Shown here in pieces: positions 57,726 to 64,000 of a DNA stretch of 64,000 nucleotides. The position numbers were made by a program, and so were the translations under genes. The notes beneath the pieces are model-generated. The model saw only the letters and a list, made by a program, of their open reading frames with translations. It was not told the origin of the DNA and did no database searches. Within the stretch, counting starts at the first letter, position 1; the number at the start of each line of letters is the position of its first letter. Source of the stretch: an uncultured virus (IMG/VR IMGVR_UViG_3300031707_000002) (taxonomy: Duplodnaviria > Heunggongvirae > Uroviricota > Caudoviricetes); IMG/VR virus record IMGVR_UViG_3300031707_000002; one strand, 5' to 3'.

Positions 57726-58204
57726 TCATCTCTCTCCACTTTGTTTTTTCTTGTAATTATCTTTCAACAAACTTAATTCAAAATTTGTTAAATCTTTTTT
57801 ATTGTGAAAGATTCTCATATCATAAAAATCACTGCCATCTTTATGTTTCTGTACCCCGTCATGGAAATTAACTACATATTTAGCACTTTTCCCAATTCCG
57901 TATTGGATATAATAAACCTTTCCTGCCTCGGCCTCTCTCAACTTCTTCGGCCTCTCTCAACTTCTTCGGCTTACCTATCCCATCATTCCAATTTCCGGCA
58001 ATCATATTCAACCACATAATCACATCACCAATCTGCTCTGCCTTATCTAAAGACATCACAGCATTATTCTTTGTAGCATCATCAACATTGTATTTCCAAA
58101 AAGCATCAGGATCGTCTACCTTGTTGTAATCCATTGCTTTTGGAGGATACCGAGACTCATCAAGATGATTTTTTTTTGACGTACATCTCCTGAAGTAGAC
58201 TCAT
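57726..58204 (-). pseudogene. tagged head-cargo gene broken by two frameshifts (A9 tract and a 19-bp tandem duplication)
   Basis: ATG 58204 gives MSLLQEMYVKK. Removing one A from 58177-58169 and one 19-bp copy at 57970-57933 fuses ORFs 57880-58134 and 57726-57941 into one frame. Confidence 0.75.
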
Positions 58205-58581
58205 GCCGCACTCTCCTTACTGATTTCTTCTATGTATTGGTTAATCTTCTTTGCCGCGTCATCCAAACTCTTTACTCGTGTCTTTCGGAATTTCTTCTTT
58301 ACGGTATATGCCTTCTTAAACTGATCTATAGAACCGTTTCTCCCTATGTCAAAATGCATGTAACGAGAATTCTCCATAATATCATACTTCCACGTATCTT
58401 TAGGATCTAAAGAAACCCTGAGTAATATCGAAGCACGCTCGTCACCACCCAAAGTAGACAGGTAGGCATACTTATATGGTGCCTTAATTGACTCTTTGAA
58501 CTTCTCAACATCAACCGTACCAGCATCAAATATAGATTGAGGCTGTGCTACATCTTCGTAAATATCTTGAAGCAAACTCAT
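58201..58581 (-). CDS. putative internal head protein (tag MSLLQDIYE)
   Basis: 126 aa; shared N-terminal tag. Confidence 0.7.
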   Translation of the reverse strand: MSLLQDIYEDVAQPQSIFDAGTVDVEKFKESIKAPYKYAYLSTLGGDERASILLRVSLDPKDTWKYDIMENSRYMHFDIGRNGSIDQFKKAYTVKKKFRKTRVKSLDDAAKKINQYIEEISKESAA

Positions 58582-58582
58582 A

Positions 58583-59032
58583 CTACTTTACCTTCCTGAT
58601 GTAAAACGGCCTACCAATCTGAGCAACCTCCCAACCATCCCCCATCTCCTCTGCCTTTTTATAAGCCTGTGATCGGTTACTATAATTGTAGGCAGATAAT
58701 CCATACTTAGTCATCTTAGCAAGAACTTCCGTCTTACCATCATTCAAAAACTTAGTCAGAATCTCAGACTCGTGTATCTCTTTACCCTTAGCATCAATCA
58801 AAGTTTCATTCCCGTGGTCACTTACCATCCAAATATTAGGATAATACTTGTTCTTCTTCTGCCAAACATTAACCGCTTTCAAAGCATCATCAAACTCTTT
58901 GTAATGCCCCGTATGTTTACCACCACAAGAAACATCATACCCTCCACGAGTCACATCAGAAATAAAACAATCTTCCTCTTCTGACTCTTCTGATTCTACT
59001 ATATCCTCATACATCTCTTGAAGCAGGCTCAT
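58583..59032 (-). CDS. putative internal head protein (tag MSLLQEMYE), two modules
   Basis: 149 aa; internal 'EIHE|SE' junction. Confidence 0.7.
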   Translation of the reverse strand: MSLLQEMYEDIVESEESEEEDCFISDVTRGGYDVSCGGKHTGHYKEFDDALKAVNVWQKKNKYYPNIWMVSDHGNETLIDAKGKEIHESEILTKFLNDGKTEVLAKMTKYGLSAYNYSNRSQAYKKAEEMGDGWEVAQIGRPFYIRKVK

Positions 59033-59033
59033 A

Positions 59034-59294
59034 TTATTTTACCTTTTTGATTACTGGTGCCACAACAGGAATAGGCTTACTAGAGGACTTTACTGTATCA
59101 ATCCTAACAATCAAAGTTGTGTCTTTGAGAGTTTCCTTGATTTTCAACGTATCATAAATAACAAACTTCAAAGAATCATTTCTTACCTTTGTGATAATTG
59201 TGTCGGGTATAATCACCTTTGAAGAATCAAACCTTGTTATAGCCATAACCGAAAAACAAAAAGCAAGAACCGCTATCCCATGTTTCATAACCAT
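59034..59294 (-). CDS. small secreted protein
   Basis: Signal-peptide-like MKHGIAVLAFCFSVMA followed by DT(I/L/V) repeats. Confidence 0.6.
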   Translation of the reverse strand: MVMKHGIAVLAFCFSVMAITRFDSSKVIIPDTIITKVRNDSLKFVIYDTLKIKETLKDTTLIVRIDTVKSSSKPIPVVAPVIKKVK

Positions 59295-59299
59295 ACCTC

Positions 59300-59602
59300 C
59301 TATGGCATTCTTTCAACCACATGATCTATCTCAGTATTATCAATTAACATTACGTCACCATGCTCAGTCTTAACATTGTACCACAAATCCTGATACACAA
59401 GGTCTTTTTCAGTCATTATACCTTTCTTAATTCGTAAAGCAGCCTCATCACCAACTACAACATCCAAAACTCTTGCTAACTTTGCCTGATGTTCACTTGG
59501 AAGTTTCCCACCAGTAATCAAATACTTTGTAGGAGGCATTAAATCAGCAGGAACTTTGATTTTACCAATGGAAGACTCATACATTTTTTGAAACAAGCTC
59601 AT
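59300..59602 (-). CDS. putative internal head protein (tag MSLFQKMYE)
   Basis: 100 aa; shared N-terminal tag. Confidence 0.7.
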   Translation of the reverse strand: MSLFQKMYESSIGKIKVPADLMPPTKYLITGGKLPSEHQAKLARVLDVVVGDEAALRIKKGIMTEKDLVYQDLWYNVKTEHGDVMLIDNTEIDHVVERMP

Positions 59603-60636
59603 AACCCTACCCTCTTTTTCTTTTTGGAAATTGCTGCTGCCCTTCTCTTATGCTTTCGCATCTTGATTATCTTAGGCTTTGGTCTTGGAATATTCACCTT
59701 CGGAGCAGGCTTTATATGTGAAGCCACTTCTTTCCAAAACTTATTCAATTCTGGCTTCTTCGTATTCACGTTAGCCAAGTAAACCGCTGCCTGCTTTGCC
59801 TTCTTCTTATCCCCACCCTTATCTGCAATCAGCTTCGTCGCAGCCGCTTTAGGACTCTTCTTCTTGGGGTCTACCTTCACCCCACGTACCTTACGACCCT
59901 TAACTTCAGCACGTCTCTTACCCCTACCCTTTACGCTCTGGCGACCCTTGGAATCCTTCTTCTTTCTCCTCGCCTTAGTACCCTTCTTGTATACCTGATT
60001 GAGCTTTGAACCCGCCTTAATCATCCCGGCAATCCCACCGGCAATAGCTCCAACTATTCCAAATCCCAAAGCAATAGGAGCAGTAACTACTTTGCCCAAA
60101 GTATCGAGTATACCTTCTAAAACAACCCCTTCATCCCAACTTTCTTTTACAGCTATCCTATCTGCTACTCTCTTAGCCTCTGCCTCTGACTGAAACTCTT
60201 CTATGGTATCTGCCTTTTCAATATCCCAAAGACGATACCAACCATGCTGAGTCTTTGTTATTTCATAACGACCATTAGTAAGCATTTCTCCTTCACGCTT
60301 CCATACACTCTTAGACTCCTCAACCTTTTCTTCTGGTTTAGGCTCTTTTACCTTTGTCCCACCTTTAAGTATAGATGAAACAAAATCCGAGAGAGGCTTA
60401 TTATCCTTGACTTCAGGATTATCCTGCATCATCTTCAGGGTAGTAAGAACCGCGTTTTCACCAGTTCTTCCGTACCTCTTAACAGCATTAGCCGCTACAT
60501 CCCTCAAAACTTTTGCAAAATTTCCATGCCCGGCATCCTCAAAGGAACCTTTGACAAACTCAATTGCCTCCAGTTCCTTTGAGGATTTCTCCTTAGAACT
60601 TACCTCGTATATTCTCTGAAACATCAAATCCATCAC
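59599..60636 (-). CDS. putative internal head protein (tag MDLMFQRIYE) with a very basic C-terminus
   Basis: 345 aa; VEE|S, VKE|S and VLE|G junctions; Lys/Arg-rich tail. Confidence 0.7.
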   Translation of the reverse strand: MMDLMFQRIYEVSSKEKSSKELEAIEFVKGSFEDAGHGNFAKVLRDVAANAVKRYGRTGENAVLTTLKMMQDNPEVKDNKPLSDFVSSILKGGTKVKEPKPEEKVEESKSVWKREGEMLTNGRYEITKTQHGWYRLWDIEKADTIEEFQSEAEAKRVADRIAVKESWDEGVVLEGILDTLGKVVTAPIALGFGIVGAIAGGIAGMIKAGSKLNQVYKKGTKARRKKKDSKGRQSVKGRGKRRAEVKGRKVRGVKVDPKKKSPKAAATKLIADKGGDKKKAKQAAVYLANVNTKKPELNKFWKEVASHIKPAPKVNIPRPKPKIIKMRKHKRRAAAISKKKKRVGL

Positions 60637-60836
60637 CTCTTCTCCGGCTCAGACACAGAGGAATCACCAAGTATCTTGCAAACAGCATCCCGGCCTGTGA
60701 TAGCGAGAATACCCAGAATACACGTCTGAATACCCTCAACAGTATGCCCCTGCACAATCATACCAATACCCCCAACAATAGCCACAACACCTGTCCAGAA
60801 CGTCTTGGTCTTGAGAATCTTAGGATCAAAAAACAT
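60633..60836 (-). CDS. holin-like two-TM protein
   Basis: KTKTFW followed by two hydrophobic helices; 67 aa. Confidence 0.55.
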   Translation of the reverse strand: MFFDPKILKTKTFWTGVVAIVGGIGMIVQGHTVEGIQTCILGILAITGRDAVCKILGDSSVSEPEKR

Positions 60837-60866
60837 AATACACCTCCTTATACAAAGTATATCCCG

Positions 60867-61265
60867 TTAAACCTCATTTTTGTCAAACAGGCGAACATCA
60901 GGAAGCATACTCTTTAGATACTCAGAATCATACCCTCTTGAAGACAACACAGACATTACCCTGTTTACACACTGTAATCTCTTATCCCCAACATCATCAT
61001 TACATCCTGAAATTTTCGTTGGTATATAAAGATAAACCTTCGCTATGTAAATCCCATCCTTCTTTTCAGACTTAACAATAACCCTATGACCACCTATCAA
61101 TAAGATCAAACAATTCTTCGCCTCTGCCCGTAAAGAATCCTCAACAACATAATCATTCAAAAATACGTCGTGCCTGAATTTAATTGAAAATCCTAAATCA
61201 AAAACCAGATCCAAGGACCGGCAATCCAGAACACGATTTATTTTCGCCCTCAAAATCCAATCCAT
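60867..61265 (-). CDS. degenerate SNase/thermonuclease-like protein
   Basis: RAKINRVLD...LDLVFDLGF...AEAK..L...YIAKVY; the DGDT motif is replaced by DCRS. Confidence 0.55.
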   Translation of the reverse strand: MDWILRAKINRVLDCRSLDLVFDLGFSIKFRHDVFLNDYVVEDSLRAEAKNCLILLIGGHRVIVKSEKKDGIYIAKVYLYIPTKISGCNDDVGDKRLQCVNRVMSVLSSRGYDSEYLKSMLPDVRLFDKNEV

Positions 61266-61277
61266 ACTTCAAAATAC

Positions 61278-61904
61278 CTATGTTATATGCCGTCTTTTCA
61301 ACATTCCCCGTATAACTACTCTTCGATGAGGCACAACCTCCATATCCCCCTGCCGCAATGCCCTTGAAAGCAACTGATCTATACTCACGTAAGGCAGCTT
61401 CTTTTTCAGGTTAATGTTTAGGGAGTTGACAAGTCTTAGTACATGAGAATGAATATGTGCGCTTATCTCTCTACTCATAGGTCTAAAAACAGGACGTGCT
61501 GGCATCTTTGATGTACCATACTCCAAGTACCGTGCTATTGTCTGCAACTTCTTCTTGTTGGGATACTGAAGATCCTTTACCCCAACCCTATAAACAATAG
61601 CATTCTTTTCATGTTCTTTGAATGACCCAATATTATCTAAGAAAAACCGTGTCCGTATCAAAATACGGGTATCATAGCCTTTTTTCTTTTTCCAGTGCTT
61701 ATAGTTAAGATTAAGAGGTTTATGATTGTAAGTCTGACGAATTATATTTCTCTTTATCTGCTTTGCACTATCCGCTGCAAGAGACTTTACAAAAGCCTCA
61801 CCTGTTGCCTTAATAATATCAGGAACCATCCCAAAATAAAGAAGGGGAACCTGAGTCCCCCATCTTACTGCCTTTGTTTTGGTCCTAACTAACTTTGTAG
61901 CCAT
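61278..61904 (-). CDS. HK97 gp10-like neck/tail-completion protein
   Basis: ARYLEYGTSKMPARPVFRP. Confidence 0.75.
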   Translation of the reverse strand: MATKLVRTKTKAVRWGTQVPLLYFGMVPDIIKATGEAFVKSLAADSAKQIKRNIIRQTYNHKPLNLNYKHWKKKKGYDTRILIRTRFFLDNIGSFKEHEKNAIVYRVGVKDLQYPNKKKLQTIARYLEYGTSKMPARPVFRPMSREISAHIHSHVLRLVNSLNINLKKKLPYVSIDQLLSRALRQGDMEVVPHRRVVIRGMLKRRHIT

Positions 61905-61909
61905 ATCTC

Positions 61910-63667
61910 TTAAAACACACTCAGAAGCTCATCCACCGCCTCTTCCGAGTTGTCTCCCCATGCCCAGATATTCACCCCGTCAGTCTTGCTATACACGTAA
62001 GCAATCCACGCCCCATTAGGAACATCATAGTCTGACGGATAAGCACCATCACCCATACCAAGGAACATCCCCTTAGTAGGATCGGTGTACTGGAAAGCCA
62101 TGACAGGAAGGCTCTCACCTTCATAGTCAACTACTTCACCAGAGTCAACTCCCATACGCTGAATTCCAGCAGAACCTTCGTCAATCTGCTCAGAAATTCC
62201 AGACTTCTCCATCTTTTTCAAACAATTCGGACAAGTGACATTATCCAATGTAAGTGTAATCCCATCCTTTTCGGAGTCTCCCCCACAATAAGCGTCCAAA
62301 GAAACTACTTTCGGAACCTTACCTTTTTTATAATTTTGGGCAAGATGAACTACCTGTTTAGCCTCATCAATAGGATAAACAATCTCATCTAACTCCTCAA
62401 CAACCTCATCATCCTCAATTGCCTGTGTCAGTTCCTCGTAGGAAATCTCAGAATTCAAAAAACTTTCCACAGTCTTCTTGCTGACCTTACCCTGAAGCAG
62501 ATCCTTAACATCCCCCTGATCGCCCTTCTCAATATCCTTGAAGAACAGCTTATCAGCCGGAAGGTAATCGTCGTGATGGTCAATAGGATTCTTTTTTGAA
62601 ATTGTTGGCTCATGGGGGAACGAACCCGACGCTGCACCACCAGCCGAAACAGAGGTATCATTCCAGCCCTCAGCTACCGTGTCCTCATCTCCCTCATCCT
62701 CACCCGCCATCGCATCCTTTTTCTTGTTCTTCTTAGGCAAGTAATCATCCTTATGGTCTATCGGATTCTTTTTTGAAATTGTCGGCTCATGGGGGAACGA
62801 TCCGGCAGCAGCACCACCAGCCGAAACAGACGTGTCATTATACGCAGACTCCCCAACTGTCTGCTCGTCCTTCTTCGCCTTCCGCTTCCCCTTGGGCTTA
62901 CTGCGAAGTTTACGAAGCCGTCCAAAAATCATCGACTTTGCTTCAGGCTCGTCTACATTGTATTCTTTTTCTGCCTTCTTCACTGCCTTTTGCAAAATTG
63001 CCTTCGCGGAACCCTTGCCCTTTGCTGCTTCCTCAAGGTCATCAAAATCAATGTCCTCAAACTCCTCAACACTCTCAAGACCAAACTCAGGAGCTATCTC
63101 ACGATCAATCAAATCATCAATACTGGACTCCCTTACAACACTCTCAGACATAGGTGACAGAAAACGTCGAAGAATACCAAGTGCCGTGTTGGTATCACCA
63201 GACTGCTCCCGCGTCAGGTCAACAGCACGACGAACCATGCTCTCGACCTTTTCATACGAAAGGTTATTCCCAAACACCCTCTTACCCTGCTCAGTAGCAT
63301 AACGGATCAAAGAGGTCTTATCAATCTTATGCTCTGCCCGTGCTTCTAACATATCATACCCCTTTGACTTGTATCCTGTCGCCTGATTGAAGTCATGGAA
63401 ATCAACATTACCACCACCGGCCATACTCAACATCAAGTTGGCCGCACCAGAGTAATCTTTCTTTGCAATTTTCTCACTAACCAAATCCCGGTCAGGAAGA
63501 CCAGCATTGTAGTACATCCCAAAGGCTTTTTCAATCATGTCCTTATGGTCATCAATATTGCCCGTCCAATTCCTTACAAATCCCAACTTGTCCTTCACAA
63601 ACTCGTACACCTGTGTAGGTGATACTTCGTTTACAGCATTAAACATGTCTTTCTGAGAGAATCGCAT
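61910..63667 (-). CDS. acidic multi-module head-associated protein (putative protease-processed polyprotein)
   Basis: 585 aa; many xxE|(S/A/G) junctions; duplicated 35-aa module. Confidence 0.6.
   Translation of the reverse strand: MRFSQKDMFNAVNEVSPTQVYEFVKDKLGFVRNWTGNIDDHKDMIEKAFGMYYNAGLPDRDLVSEKIAKKDYSGAANLMLSMAGGGNVDFHDFNQATGYKSKGYDMLEARAEHKIDKTSLIRYATEQGKRVFGNNLSYEKVESMVRRAVDLTREQSGDTNTALGILRRFLSPMSESVVRESSIDDLIDREIAPEFGLESVEEFEDIDFDDLEEAAKGKGSAKAILQKAVKKAEKEYNVDEPEAKSMIFGRLRKLRSKPKGKRKAKKDEQTVGESAYNDTSVSAGGAAAGSFPHEPTISKKNPIDHKDDYLPKKNKKKDAMAGEDEGDEDTVAEGWNDTSVSAGGAASGSFPHEPTISKKNPIDHHDDYLPADKLFFKDIEKGDQGDVKDLLQGKVSKKTVESFLNSEISYEELTQAIEDDEVVEELDEIVYPIDEAKQVVHLAQNYKKGKVPKVVSLDAYCGGDSEKDGITLTLDNVTCPNCLKKMEKSGISEQIDEGSAGIQRMGVDSGEVVDYEGESLPVMAFQYTDPTKGMFLGMGDGAYPSDYDVPNGAWIAYVYSKTDGVNIWAWGDNSEEAVDELLSVF
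62558..62839. repeat. duplicated 105-bp coding module (period 177 bp)
   Basis: NDTSVSAGGAAxGSFPHEPTISKKNPIDHxDDYLP occurs twice, with mostly synonymous differences. Confidence 0.9.
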
Positions 63668-63724
63668 AAATCATGCTCCTATTAAGTGTCTACACCCGCT
63701 ACTAATGAGTATATCTACAAACCA

Positions 63725-64000
63725 CTATGATCCGGGTTGTTTGGATTTCGCCGTGACAGAAGAATACAGAAAATAGTCTGTATTAAACCAACGCCCTGTC
63801 AACTCGTATGTCTCTACTTCGTAAATATTATCTCTCCAAACAAACCTATCTTGTGGCTTTATCTTCAATCGGTACATCTCAAACTGATAATTCAAAAACA
63901 CAAATCTTGGAGCATGTACATCATCAATCCCCTGCTTTACAAGATTCTTCTCTGACTTCTCCCAAACAAGATTTACATTCACATCACAAGGAGAAGCAAA
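63725..64000 (-). CDS. head-closure/neck-like protein (partial; 5' end outside the window)
   Basis: IKPQDRFVWRDNIYEV pattern and position next to the gp10-like gene. Confidence 0.5.
   Translation of the reverse strand, partial: FASPCDVNVNLVWEKSEKNLVKQGIDDVHAPRFVFLNYQFEMYRLKIKPQDRFVWRDNIYEVETYELTGRWFNTDYFLYSSVTAKSKQPGS

Noticed and set aside
62558..62839. Diversity-generating retroelement TR/VR pair
   Set aside because: Both copies are in frame within one ORF, differences are mostly synonymous rather than adenine-specific, and no reverse transcriptase is present.
1..64000. Plus-strand ORFs in the six-frame track
   Set aside because: They are antisense shadows of minus-strand genes or RNAs, lack SD sites and recognisable motifs, and reflect the strand compositional skew.
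1..64000. CRISPR array or cas genes
   Set aside because: No regularly spaced repeat-spacer series and no Cas motifs were seen; the repeats found are promoter cassettes, coding duplications or two-copy hairpins.
1..64000. Stop-codon reassignment (alternative genetic code)
   Set aside because: Long conserved genes are intact in the standard code, and TAA, TAG and TGA all serve as ends of tightly packed genes.

Overview
This 64-kb window is an internal segment of a large lytic-type myophage genome. Essentially all genuine genes lie on the minus strand, which is strongly G+T-skewed; the genetic code is standard and Shine-Dalgarno sites are GGAGG-like. Reading in transcription order (right to left) there are five blocks. 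(1) Neck and head-associated genes, including a cluster of small proteins that share an N-terminal MSL(L/F)Qx(I/M)YE tag resembling T4-type capsid-targeting sequences. (2) A complete contractile tail and baseplate module (terminator, sheath, free-standing Vsr/DUF559-like endonuclease, tube, chaperones, tape measure, hub, spike, PAAR, gp25, wedge, fibres). (3) A tmRNA with an unusually long 30-codon tag, flanked by unassigned structured RNAs. (4) A replication module (5'-3' exonuclease, SNF2 helicase, DnaC-like loader, DnaB helicase, CHC2 zinc finger, family-A polymerase). (5) An early/accessory region driven by repeated sigma70-type promoter cassettes, containing GroES-like, KTSC, SPFH, DIP1984-like, NrdJ-C-terminal, DUF932 and ATP-dependent ligase genes. 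The most striking unexplained signals are about nine stem-closed, putative non-coding RNAs of 80-180 nt (a tandem array at 12.0-13.3 kb, one behind the DIP1984-like gene, three around the tmRNA) and the tagged capsid-cargo gene family, one member of which is broken by two slippage-type frameshifts. All protein family assignments are from motif recognition by eye; no database searches were run.
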